DNA of 63,528 nt, counting the filler, from Platydemus manokwari (lineage: Eukaryota): the NCBI GenBank assembly GCA_037951405.1. It is 6 parts of 6 records of this genome, joined end to end, with 100 filler letters (N's around TTAATTAATTAA, not from the genome) between each part and the next. Parts side by side here need not be neighbours in the genome. Positions count along the whole stretch, not along the records: positions 8,874 to 18,897 come from JBBMOY011178323.1; positions 18,998 to 28,769 come from JBBMOY011206876.1; 4 more parts are not named here. One strand, given 5' to 3'. The notes under the pieces were generated by a model. That model was not told where the DNA came from, ran no database searches, and saw nothing but the letters and a program-made list of their open reading frames with translations. Made by a program: the position numbers and the translations under genes. How positions within the stretch are numbered: the first letter of the stretch is position 1; each line of letters starts with the position of its first letter. Shown here piece after piece: positions 12,300 through 24,819 of the stretch.

Positions 12300-15200
12300 G
12301 AAGTCCCCACATCACGAACCTTCGAATTTTAATCCTAAGATGAAGAATTTTAAAAATTTGAATATGAGTAAGAATTATTCCTACTTTACACAAGAGAATC
12401 GGATCCCTGTTTGATTGACAAACAGGCTGAGTTTGTTGATTGTAAATTGAAATTAAGAGAATCTGTTGATGAACCCATTAATGAACCAAAGGCCCTGAAT
12501 ACTCAGGAACTTACTAAACTAATGCAACGTCACCCGGAGCTTGAAGAGTTCTGCTTTTTAAACCCCGCAGCAGACGATATTGAGATGAACAATTTTCTGG
12601 AGAATTTAAGGAGGGATAAAGGTTTCTCAAATCGAATTATATATATGAACTCCGAATTTCTTGCGAAATATGAATCGGTTAATTCAGAATCAAACATGGC
12701 GTTACCAGATTTGATCTGGAATCTTGGAGCTATAAACTTTATTCAACTAGCTCAAACTGATCCAAAAATCAAAAGCATTTTAGAAATGCAAGATATGACG
12801 AATAGAATTATGGGAATAATCTTCCATATTAACTCCTGTTTCATTTCCAATACTATTTTTACAGGTAACTATAGTGAGGATGGTTGGAACAGGAATATAT
12901 ATGAGAAGGTGAAGGATCAAGACGTGCATGAATCGACTGAAAAAAAGCGGTATTAAGCATGCATTCCGAATCAAACCCTGAGGAAAATTGAAGGGTCGTG
13001 ACTGCACTGGATATCCATATTCCTACTGATCTCACCAGTGCAGATTACAACTATAGAGATCTTATATCTCCGAGCTCAAATGTTAATTCTGTGAGATTTA
13101 ATCTTCGAGTGTGGTTCGACAATCAGACTTCATTAACCCAATTGCGATGTCTGAGGTCCTAATTAACTCCGGACAACTCTATAACTTTCAAAAACGACAC
13201 CAAAATGCTCTTAAGATCTTCGTGCCAATCAACATAGATAATTGTCATTGGTTTCTGTTTATATATGACAGAACCACCGAGATTAATTAATGGCTGGATC
13301 CTATAAAGGGTGTGTTCAGAATGAATGAATCAAGAACTAAATGACTTAAAATTCATTCTGTGCTGAACACTTGTTTTAATACCAATCATCAGATTTGTGA
13401 TGATCAACCATTGTCACTATGGTTTCAGTACAATGATGTTGATTGTGGTGATAATTCTGTGAATAGATCCATCTCGATTAAAGATATACGAAAGCTAGCT
13501 TTCCTCCTAAACGACGGGAATTTAAACTCGAGTGAAATTAGCTCACTTATTTCCCTTTGTGGTGGTGGTAACTCGGATCGTCAAAATCATGCGCAAACAC
13601 TGAATAATTTCCTAAAATTCCTGTTTGCAGATCACAAAAGTGTTTTGGTACTAGATTACACTTTATTGCGCAATTTATTGTTCAAAAGTTTTTGTTCAAC
13701 AATGTGCAGCTGTTTCGATTTCGCGATGCTGAATTCGTATGTAATGTTATCTAAATTGAAAATGTCGTATTTGTGCTCATATATAAAAATTAATCAAGAA
13801 TCATTTCTATCTTAAATCTGAATCCAGGTTCAGATCCAGTAACACTTAGTGAGATTCGGGTCAGCCTAGAAAGATTCAAGAGATGTTTTTTTCTACAAGC
13901 CACTAATGAATCAATCTGCTATCTCAAACATTGGGATAATCATGCTTTTGATTTATTTACGCTTGTAGCTCGAACTATAGAATGTATTTCTTCGGTATTG
14001 AATGAAATAGGTTCCGAGAATAACTTATTTAGTTTGATCCTATATGATAAATTTTGCAAATCTAATCGCTATAGGATTAAAAACACCGTGAATCATGTCA
14101 ACAAAAGATTAACGATTAAAGAAATAATGAGTTTCTCTTCGATGTTAATCTCTGATAATGATTATCGATCCTGTTACAATAATAGCACTCATTGATGGAA
14201 ACTGCAGTTACCTCTATGAGCACTTAGACAAAGCAAAAATACAACTGGTTGATGCTATTTTTTGCTTAGTAATTCCCTCTAACTACCACTTATTCTTATA
14301 AATTGTGGGCTTCTTAAGTGGGGAAATCTATATCCTTAATACGAGCACATCGTTCCATAACCAGAATCTTATAATTATTTCAAAAGACATTACTGGTGAA
14401 CTTTCGCTACAAATCGGATCAGGACGTTTAACAAGGCCACTATTCCTATGATACAAGTGGTTCTGGACTGTATAATAATGTTTTGATATGTGCCTATATG
14501 CACTATTACTGTCTAAATTTACAGCTCACTGAGATGGATCTTGAAAGGTTCTGTGATTTACTGATGTCATATATCCTGAATTTGCCCAAAACCTTCTATG
14601 GTAACTTATAATTAAACGCATAAAATACCGGAGATTAGGACAACTCTATCTGAACGTGTTCAGAAATGCAGAGAAATAATCTCGACACGAGGGAATATAA
14701 GTGTTAATGATATGAACGAATTAATCCTATATTTTGTGCCTGTAAAACCCTCAGTAATAAACTCGAAACCTAGGTCATACCTAGCCTTTAACCTTCCTAA
14801 TAACATTAAATTATAATCGCTATTCAAAACAAAAAGAGACTGGAAAAAATTATTAATCAGGAATGCCGAATTAAAAATGGTCCAAGCAAAAATAAGATTT
14901 ATCTAAATTATGCTAATGAATCATTCGACTTAGTTCCAAACGAAATCATTAATCTATGTACTAGAAGTGATATGATTCTGGAACTCGATCCAATAACTCC
15001 GAAACAAGTTGCAGCAAAACTTAAAAGACTTAGTAATTGCACGCCTGGACCCGACAATGTGAACTACTCACATTTGAAAAATCTCGATCCTAATGGTAAA
15101 CTACTAGCTGATCTTTTTAACAAGATCATTGCACCAAAAGAAATTCCGGAGGGATGGAGACAGTTCAGAACCTTCTTAATTCCCAAGCCAGACAAATTGG

Positions 15201-16620
15201 ATTACCTATCGATTAGTAGCTTGAAAATAATTGCACTGTCGAATTCAAGCTATAAAATATTTACCGGTATTTTAGCTGATAGCCTATTGGAATGGGTTAA
15301 ACAAAGTGAGATTTTTAACCCTGGTCAAAAAGGTGGGATATAATATACTCAATCCCCCCTGACTTGGCTGACAAATTATACAAACATTTAAATTGCTTAA
15401 CGTATCGGAATCGAATTTAAGGCATATATTCAAAGCTGGACTTATGATAGCCTTTAAAAATAGATTTCCTAAAAATATAGACACATTTAACGAAATCCTA
15501 AAATGATTAAATGGATCCATCGAACCGATACGAAATGCAAACTCTAAGAAAACCTGGTGGATGAGAGTAGTCAGAGCAATCAACTGCTTTAAAATGGTAC
15601 ACTGAATAGTACTAGAGTTTGAAATGGAAGGCAAGAATGTGTGCATCCGCATGAATGATGCTGTATGCCATACGCAGGTCATTGGGGATAAATGTAAGCG
15701 ACAAGCTACACGAATTCTCCATATAGCACTTGCAGAATCATATTTACGTAAATGGCTGCAAAGCCGAAACTTAAACTTTCTTGGGGAGATCATTCACAAA
15801 AATATGAATATAAACAAGATCATTTGGAATGGCCAAATAACCGGCTTTGCTTGGCGTTTCATACACCAAGCGATGCTCAACTTTTTGCCACTAGCATATA
15901 AAAGGGACCCACTTAAAAGAAAGTGTCGTCGATGCTCTGTTGACGAAGAGTCTCCAGCTCATGTATTGCAATCATCTATTCCGTGTATGACACTAATTAC
16001 ACAAAGGCATAATGAATGTTTAAGGCTGGTACACGAGCTTGTTAACTCATCTGATCTTATGGTAAATGTTAATGAAACAGTACCATATCTGGTAGGATAT
16101 GACGATGTTGCGAAACTAAGGGTAGATCTCTATATTGAGAACTGCTCAAATAAACGAATCTTCCTTGTAGACATTAAATGTCCTTTGGATATTGACCAAC
16201 TAATGACACAATCAGATAAAAGGAACCTGGCTCATTATGCCCCACTCTGCGATTTGGTAAAAAAATATAAGCGCAACTATAATGTCACTGTACACACTAT
16301 AGTTGTTGGCTCATTAGGCTCGGTCCCACAAAAGACATTGAATGTCCTAAAAGTGCTTGCTTTAACGGATGCAAATATTAAGATTCTTAGCAATCTTATG
16401 ACTGCTTCGAACATTAGGCAGTCCGCTCGGATCTGGCATCACCATCAAACGGGGGTGCTAATAAACATGAAAGAAGGTATAAGTCTACCAATTAGAGGAG
16501 ATAAGATATCATATAATAAATTTTAATATTTCCAACATACTTATTATCAAATGAATTTAAACAAAATATTTGTGTAATTTTAAATAATATTGTTCAACTA
16601 TTTTTACTTGTTGATAATAT
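12300..16620 (+). mobile_element. Decayed NeSL/R5-like non-LTR retrotransposon: Ulp1/C48-like protease modules, partial RT, CCHC-like finger, restriction-like endonuclease
   Basis: Protease motifs NCHWFL (about 13240), WLDP and QYNDVDCG (13426-13449). RT N-terminal motifs PGPDNV, W..FLIPK, IALSNSSYKIF, QKG (14972-15340). CRRC..DEES.AHVLQ, RH, RVDL..LVDIK and K/R..Y..L in ORF 15624-16526. Many stops and frameshifts; element ends are approximate. Confidence 0.88.
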
Positions 16621-16911
16621 ATAATAATTATAATTAATAATAATATAGTTATAATTTTTAATTAATTATCTGATTGCATCGCGGCCATCCATCTTAGTCA
16701 CACTTCAATCTGTAATCCAATATAAATTGGATTCATAAATTAAAAGGATTTATCCTGACGGCAAGAATGCGCCAAAAATATAGTTCTTTAAAATTTCGTC
16801 GTGTTTTGCGTGATTTTTTAGCCACAATATAGTAATCATAGGTTTTGAAATACTTGATGAATTGTTCTCTGAAACTTTGTACAAACGAATAGCTATTTTC
16901 TAGATTTCTTT

Positions 16912-17090
16912 TAGTCCTATCTGTCTGTGGTTCGAGGCCTATGAAAGGCCGAAACAGGACACTATCCGTATCATGAAACTATCATCATTGCATCTGCCAT
17001 TCTTGAAGGCTACGAAAGATCAATAAGTTTTATATATCTCTAACCCGAGGTACTGACGAGTCCTACAGAAGGCCAAAATAGGACTAATTT
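16912..17090 (+). ncRNA. Cluster of degenerate hammerhead-ribozyme-like motifs
   Basis: GA-GGCCT-ATGAA-AGGCC-GAAA-CAGGAC at 16934-16960 and CTGACGA-GTCCTA...TAGGAC at 17053-17084. Neither core is fully canonical. Confidence 0.45.
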
Positions 17091-17808
17091 TCAGCAATGT
17101 GAAGTTTATTTATTGATAATTTGATCACCAAACAAGAATATTATTACATTTACTCTTGAACGCAAGCTATTAATTTGAATAAAAACAAATTTTGCTTAAA
17201 TTGAATGCACTTGACAGATTCTTAAACTAATAAATTCATTTAAATGGCGAAAATGGAACCTTAGAGTCATTCTTATATTTTTGTGGATTCAACCCATTTG
17301 ATTGAATACATTCACAAATATTCTCTCAAGTCTATTTATCTGTCATTTTCCGACATAAACCGACGGTTTGACTACTTAGCGTTTCGAATTTGGTCGTTTG
17401 GTCTTCAAAAATTGCTTAATTAATATCATTGGTTATTTTGAATTGTAAAATCAAGAATTAGTTGTTTAAATCGGACTCAACATATTATTTGAAATAGCTC
17501 ATTTTTGAATTTACAAAAATAATTGATTTGATGAAACAATTAAAAAATATTAAAAAATCAAGCGATTAAAAAATGTAAAAATCCAAATTAATAGAAATAG
17601 ATCTGTCAAGTTATCAAAAATTCCATAGTCGTCATAACAACGATCGACTTAAAAACATGGCAAATTATCATTGGATAAATGACATCACAATTCATAGAAT
17701 TCAAAAATCAATATTGAGTCGACTCGAATAATAAAAATAACAGGGTTCCTTTAATTTTTCAAATTGAAAAAAATCTAATAAAAAATCGATTACAAAAAAT
17801 GATATTTA

Positions 17809-18675
17809 TCAATCGACTCCATCTTCATAATATCCATAATATTTGGCTTCATAGTAAGCTCGTTTTGCATCAGTATCAAAAGATCTAAAATATTCCATAA
17901 CCAGAAAGACAGGCACAAAATTAATGAAACCTTTTCTTGATTTTTCGTCCCATAGGTTCCAAATCACGATAACAAGTGTCGAAAACTTCATCAACAATTC
18001 GATAGGCTTCTTCTTTTTTCACATTACGAACACACAGCACAGAGGCGACAGCTTTTTCTCTAACGCAATATTCGTGCATGTTCTTTAGTTTCGTAAAAGG
18101 GAAAGTTCCACACATCATGCCGGATAAATAGGAGCAATTCAGAAAATTTGCTGCTCTGATTTCTGTGCAGGCAAGATGGTGGATATTGTTAATTAAGTCC
18201 ACTTTCGCTCGACAATAATCATAGGCATGGATTAATTCATGTCGTAAAACGGCACAAGCACGTTCATAACTTGGAGAATTATTTTCACAGATTGCTACTT
18301 GCCGAAGATTTATATCATAACCACCACTAGGTATTCCTATGCAAGGTTCGCAGGACAAATGCCGTTCGGGATTAAATTCACTACAAAAATGACAACTTAT
18401 AAGTCACGTGGATTAAAGTATTACCATCCTCTAGACTTCATTGCTTTTATTAAGAGTTTTGCAAATGGATCATTGTTTATGCACTTCAGCGCATTTTTTA
18501 GACACTTATTATGATAAGAAATAGGATCTCTCAAAGTAAATATTGGTAGATTTTCGTTTAGATCATCATTCCCATAAAGATCTCTACGTTTTGTAAAAAA
18601 TACATAGCCTAAATCACCGTTATCTACTTTTGCCTCCTCTTTATTACTTTCATTGCTTTCATCTATTTTAGACAT
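17809..18675 (-). CDS. ATP23: Mitochondrial inner membrane protease ATP23 (peptidase M76); join(18675-18425, 18380-17931, 17884-17809), 258 aa
   Basis: HELIHAYD zincin motif plus HLACTEIRAA, CVREKAVASV and FDTCYRDLEPMG. Two GT-AG introns (44 and 46 nt) give a 777-nt frame-consistent CDS. Confidence 0.95.
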
Positions 18676-18897
18676 TTAAAATGCTACCAAGTATTCACAT
18701 TTTATTAATACGATAGAACAATGAAATTTTAATTAATTATTAAATATATTTCAAATAAATTCACATTAACTGAGAATAAAATAAATGTGAAACACAAAGA
18801 TGGTAATTATTAACTCAAAAAGAAACAATTATTTAATTTAAAAACCGTTAAGATAAATATATGAAACGAATATTACATAACATTAAGTTTTTTATAA

Positions 18898-18997
18898 NNN
18901 NNNNNNNNNNNNNNNNNNNNNNNNNNNNNNNNNNNNNNNNNTTAATTAATTAANNNNNNNNNNNNNNNNNNNNNNNNNNNNNNNNNNNNNNNNNNNN
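18898..18997. other. Artificial contig spacer
   Basis: N-run/TTAATTAATTAA/N-run, 100 nt. Confidence 0.95.
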
Positions 18998-19067
18998 CCA
19001 TTTTTAAATGGAAATTTGGTTTTGAAAGGTTGAAATGACTTATACCACTTTCATAATCAAGGGCTCA
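18998..19067 (-). repeat. 70-bp young repeat at a contig start
   Basis: Exact reverse complement of 8703-8772. Confidence 0.8.
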
Positions 19068-20419
19068 TATATTTTATTATTGATAATTGTATATTCTATG
19101 GACCCAAGATGCAAACACAACCCATGGTACGCAGGCAAATTATATGTACAGGTTTAAATCCATAACCAGCCGTTTTATTAAATATCTTTATCAGATCCGA
19201 TGTTGTACAAGACTGTCTTGGAATTGGTAAAGAACCACTCATCGGTTATCCATTATCGGCTACGGTAGAAAAATACATCAATAAAGACAGATGTTTTATT
19301 TGCTAGTTTTGTATATAAAAATATTGGTTGATAATCTCACGATGTGTCAATTATATTTGGTGGAATATTTCTATTAAACCCAAGGCATCAATTAGATATG
19401 TGATGAATAAATTTATTTTATTTCCTACAATAATGAGTTTCAATATTGGTCGATAAATCCCAAATTGCAAAAAACATCTCGATATGTAAATTATTAAATT
19501 TATTTAAGAATTTGAAAATTACTAAATTAATACACATTTCAAAATCATATTTATATTTGTAGTTATATATTTTTCAATTATTATTGTTATTACTTGCATG
19601 CTTAATAAAATGACTCAAATTCATTTCTATTTGATAAATATGTGAAATTCCAATTTGTAAAGTATTTGAAAATTTGGCTTGAAAGTCAACAAGAAATATT
19701 AAACTCGTTTTTAATGTCGATTTTATCTCTGAATATTACAAATTAGGTTTTTCTTCAATTGTCAAATTGTGTCCCAAAACCTGTGTTTTATTTAATGAAA
19801 AATTTAACTACAATTTTTCAACATAGGTTATTTTGTGGGATAAATGAGAAAGATTCCTATTTGTTTGAATTTATGGAAATTTAGTCATATGGAATGATGT
19901 TTCGATTACTTATAATCAAAAGCGAGAAAGTAAATTTTAAACCAAATTACATCAAACATAGCATGGGATTTTCAATTTAAAATTCGCGGGGTTATCGATT
20001 TGTGCAATTTTGTTTGCACAATGGATTTCCTGTTGTAGATTCACTGAAAACGTTGTAGAAAGCTATTTTGGCGAGGGTAGATCAAACGAAGAGCATAAGA
20101 GTGCTATAAAAATATTCAAAGATAATCGAGAATCTTTTGATGTCGAACCACATCCGATACCATGACAAGCATCAGTTGATGTACAGTATGTCAAAAAAAA
20201 TCAAAAGTTTGCTAATCAAAAAACGTTAATTCACAATCACTTGTTGATGCTGTGAAAATTTCATTTGAATCATTTCGAATCGTATTAAAAGATATTGTGT
20301 TCTTCAGACTAGTCAAATCTTTTTGGTATTCAAAATACTCAATTTTTTGAAAAAAATTCATGATGTTAATAATTATAAAACTGATTTCTGACTCATAGGA
20401 TGTCATGAAATGCATTATT

Positions 20420-20790
20420 GTAGGAGGGGAGACTTGTACGTATGCCTACGATCCAGGAACTACCATTTAATCAATCAAATATTTAATGAAAGGGGACCAA
20501 AACTGAAAAAATTAAAATCGTGTTAACAGTTGTCTTCAATTATGGCGGTTTGGAACGTTATGAATGTCTTGCACAGGTCCACGATGTTAACAAGGAATAC
20601 TGTATAAGCCTTATTTGTCATTTAATTAAAGAGATTCGTCTCAAGAAGTCCGAATTATGCCGGATTATGCATCGACTCACACTGCGTTCATTTACATCAA
20701 ATATTCAATTCATATTGTTCCAAAACCAAAAAATTGCCCCGGTATCAAGATTTTGAGTTGAATAAAGAGATTACTGTCGAACCTAAGAGT
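20420..20790 (+). mobile_element. Mariner transposase relic (catalytic N-half)
   Basis: Reads GGETCTYAYDPGT (cf. GDETW.Y.YDPET), VLTVVFNYGG and VNKEY, then KEIRLKKSEL. Frameshifted. Confidence 0.75.
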
Positions 20791-20920
20791 ATATTGAATG
20801 TCACCCCATAAATAAACTTCAACAACTTCCTCGAGAATTCTAGAAAAGCGTTGGTATAAGTACAATGTGTCGGAACGGCTTTATTTTGAAGGCGATGGAA
20901 TTGTTTTTTAGGAAGAAAAT

Positions 20921-21469
20921 ATGATTTTGCTATTTGATTTGGCTACAGTATGATAAATATAAGGAGCAAGATCGTTAAAGCTCATTCAATATTCATTACT
21001 AATTTGATAAAGATAACCAATTAATTAATATATTGTGCCATGCTAGTTGCACTGTTTCTGTAATCTGTGGCTATTAAAATAATTAGTATTATTATATATC
21101 CACACCATCTTTATATTTGATAATTAAGTGGACAATAATTCATATCATATCATTTAATTATAGTAAAATTTCTGCTAATAATGATTTTGTGATTTGATTT
21201 AGAAATTCCTTATGATATTTAGCTACAATATGATAAATATAATCAACAAGATCGTTAAATCCCATTCAATACTAATTACAAATTTGACGACGGTAATCAA
21301 TTAATATACTTTTCCACCCACGTTGCACCTTTTCTGTAATCTGTGGACATTGAAATAATTAGTCTTTATATTTGATAATTAAGTGGACAATAATTAATAT
21401 CATATCATAAATTAATAATATATTTAGCTTATTATTTAACGTTTAATTATAGCAAAATTTCTGCTAATA
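20921..21469. repeat. Diverged tandem duplication of a unit of about 260-290 bp (20921-21180 and 21181-21469)
   Basis: Both units start ATGATTTTG and end AAAATTTCTGCTAATA, and share CAAGATCGTTAAA, TTTCTGTAATCTGTGG and TCTTTATATTTGATAATTAAGTGGACAATAATT. Confidence 0.85.
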
Positions 21470-22209
21470 TAATTCACAAAAATTACTTTCAAAATTCTTC
21501 ACATATTTTTAAAATTCAAATAAGCGATAATCAAAGCATTTCACATCTGAATAAAGACAATGTTAATTGAAATTCCTATAAAAACATATTTAGAAATAAG
21601 ATATTTATACACGATGACAATCAATCGAATAACAAAGTAAAAAACGATCACATAATATCTTGAGATTTAAATCGAAACTCATCACGGACTTTTGAGGCAC
21701 ACAATCGAGAATCAGAAAATTATATTATTGTATAAATTTATTTCCTGTATCATGTATAATTTGCTTGATATAACTCACTGATATTGATTTATTTTCAGAA
21801 GATCAGACTAAAATTTGTATTATTAGTATAAAATGGTTAATTTTATAATTAATAATATCATTCCTTGGCAACTGATGGCTAACAGTTCCAAGAACATGGA
21901 AATGAAAATCGAAATCAAGATGAGTTAGATTCTTGGATTTAATTAATAAAATAATCTGTTAATGATTTCGATAATTATAATATATCGGATATTCGTTATC
22001 TGTTAATTTTTTTGCAATTCCTTTATGATTTAAACTTTTTTAAAATTTTTAGTTAAAATAACATTCTATTGTATTGTTTGTAAGTGAAGATATTTAATTG
22101 AATTGTTAAGATTATTTAAGATCTTTCAAATTCAATTTTTTATGAAGAAATGTTTAGCTTAAATATATACAGCACGTTTAACTCAAAATAAGCTTGCTGA
22201 GATCGGCTT

Positions 22210-22460
22210 GACTGTAATACCGCATCTACCATACTCCCAAGACCTCGACACATTATTTTGTTACCTGTTTTTTCCTATGAAAAAACTCATTTTGTGCAAA
22301 AGCGTATCACTTCGCTGAAGAGGTTAACGACGATTTGGAAAAGTGGTTCGCTTCAAAACCCGCGGAATTAAATGAAAACGGCACAAAACAACGTCCAGAA
22401 CACCAGCAAAAGTGTGTGTAACTTAAAGTTGAATATTTTCAAAATTTCAGATTTACAGAC
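22210..22460 (+). mobile_element. Mariner transposase C-terminal relic
   Basis: IPHLPYSQDL (cf. HPPYSPDL) and LEKWFASKPAE. Confidence 0.65.
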
Positions 22461-24819
22461 GGATGATGTTTTGTTAATATTTCTCAATTTACATATTTTC
22501 TTTATTGGTTAAATAAATATTATTTTCTATCGGACGAGACTTTCGTTTCAATCCTATATATAAATGACGTCACCAGATACACTGTAAACACACTACTTTA
22601 CAAAACCTATCAAATTCATCTTTTACCAAATTTTATTGTAATAAATAAATGTGGAGTAGTGTTTATTTCGTCTCCTAGTCAAGACTCAACGAAATTATTC
22701 AAAAAAATAAATTAAAACAAAATAATATTTCTTATCTCGATTCTTTTCAATACTTTTCTCTTTTTGTGTAATAAAAAGAACTACGTACCAATTTGATACG
22801 AAACTGGGCTTGTACTTGAACATCGATACTATTAATATTGGCATTAAAATAACTGAAAGATTATCTCTTTGAATATCCAATGTATACATTATCGATTTGT
22901 TTCATTGAATCGATATGGACTTTAGCGATTTTGATAATTGTTATCGATTTCTTTTGACAACGTTATTCAAAAAATGAAAAAGAAAAAAAACTGAAATAAA
23001 ATTTCAAATTATCAAAAAAAAACAAAACCAAAAACTAATCAACTCAAATCGCTTGATTTCATTAAAACAAAAAATGGGAAATATATTTAAATCAAACAAA
23101 AAAACTTCATAATTTCTGCCTGGTAATAACAGATGAGGAAAGAAATTTATTTATCCACCGTCTTTTTTGTCTAATTGCTTTTGTCGACAGTGTACAATTG
23201 CTATCGATATCATTTGCTTGGAGAATGGCAGCAATCGTTGGGCATATAAAAAGCTAAACGAATTTTTTATTTGCCAATTATTTCGACTTTGGTTACTTTG
23301 AAGTAACTCTTTTCAAGGTGGGGAGTGAGAGAACAACACTGTTAAAAACCTTTTTCGTTTTATTCTGTAAATAAGACTCTACAACTCCGTTTTGTCAGTC
23401 TAATTTCAGTGGTCATAGTTTGGTGAAAAGTTCGAAACTGGTAATACTTAAAAATGAATATAACAACCTGTTGTGAAGAATAAAATAAACTGCATTGAAA
23501 TTGTTATTTATGAATAAATAAATAAAAATCTGATTTAGAATCACATATTTTCAAAAATATTTTCAAAGCAAAAATATATCAAAGGGGAAAAAATATATAA
23601 AACGATCTCGTGATTTGATGATTAAAAAAATGCACTTAAAATTCGATATAAATGGAAAATAGGTTTTAAAATTTAAAAATTAAAATAAAAATTATTTGAT
23701 TATATTTTAGTTGATGGAATATGAGAAAAAATGCATTAAATTCAGAATGTTCTAAAATGAAAATGATAGAAAAATTTTTAAAAACGAAAACAATATTAGA
23801 ATAAAAAAATTATAAACGAATAATTAAAATAATGGAATAAATCTTTATATGATAAAAGAAAATATAATAAGACAAATATGGTAATAATAATAATAACAAT
23901 ATCATGATCATTATTAATATTATCATTACTATAATAATAATGAAAATAAACGATTATTTTCGATAGAATATTTATTGAGTTAAAAACATAAATGATCGAT
24001 TGAATTTATTTGCATATTTTGCTTGAATATAGTTTGTGGATTGAAGTTATTAAATGCTCTTAACAATTATCAATCTACTACTATTACCGAGATTACATTT
24101 ATAATAGTTCCTAGGCAACCAATGAACATGAGTTTAGGAATATTGAATTTTTAAATTTTTGAGAACTTTTTTGTGAGACTCACTTTTCTTTTTTCTCTTC
24201 ATTGCTAACTATCCTTCCTCGAATAGAATTTTTTTTTATTTTATGGTTCCCCGTTTTCATGACGATTTCATATAATCGCAACCCACACATATATGTCTGT
24301 TTTCCAAACAAAATCGAAAAATGTGAATGCCAAACGAAGCTCTGAATAAGTTGCCATGTTATCTGTTGTAAATATTTTTACGGTCATGGTCATGTCTATA
24401 ATAGTTCTGATTAATCCTTTGTCTACATTATTTATTTGCTGTTGATGGGGAGAAGTAGATTCTTGTTTTATTCAGAGACGACAAACTGTCATTTGATTTT
24501 TAAAAGTCTTGTCGCGATTGATGAGAATCAATTTTTTGTGCAACATGTCGATAAATCCTACTATTTATAATTGATCAAGACACCGATCTTGCTGATCCCA
24601 CACTGCTCGACGAGTGACATTCAGCTAATAATTCGTTTTAAAGAATTCAAAAGATTTATTCGCAAGAACCAAATTCATTTGTCCGAACAGTAAGAACCTA
24701 AAGTTTTATACAAATATCGCTTTTCTAAGCTCCAACCTCAATGTTTCGAGATATTTTTCACTAGTAGTATATATCTTGAATATAATCAAGCAATTTTTTA
24801 CTGACAACATATCATAATT

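Noticed and set aside
14185-14450. OTU deubiquitinase suggested by LIDGNC and a later GHY
   Set aside because: The surrounding frame (IDPVT...IPSNYHLFL...IYILN...DMCLYAL) fits an Ulp1-like module better, and the GHY is in another frame.
12200-16700. Spliced-leader, rRNA or snRNA target site flanking the NeSL-like element
   Set aside because: No recognisable SL, 28S or U2 sequence and no TSD at either end.
17809-17997. Separate small gene overlapping ATP23
   Set aside because: It is ATP23 exon 3 plus intron read-through.
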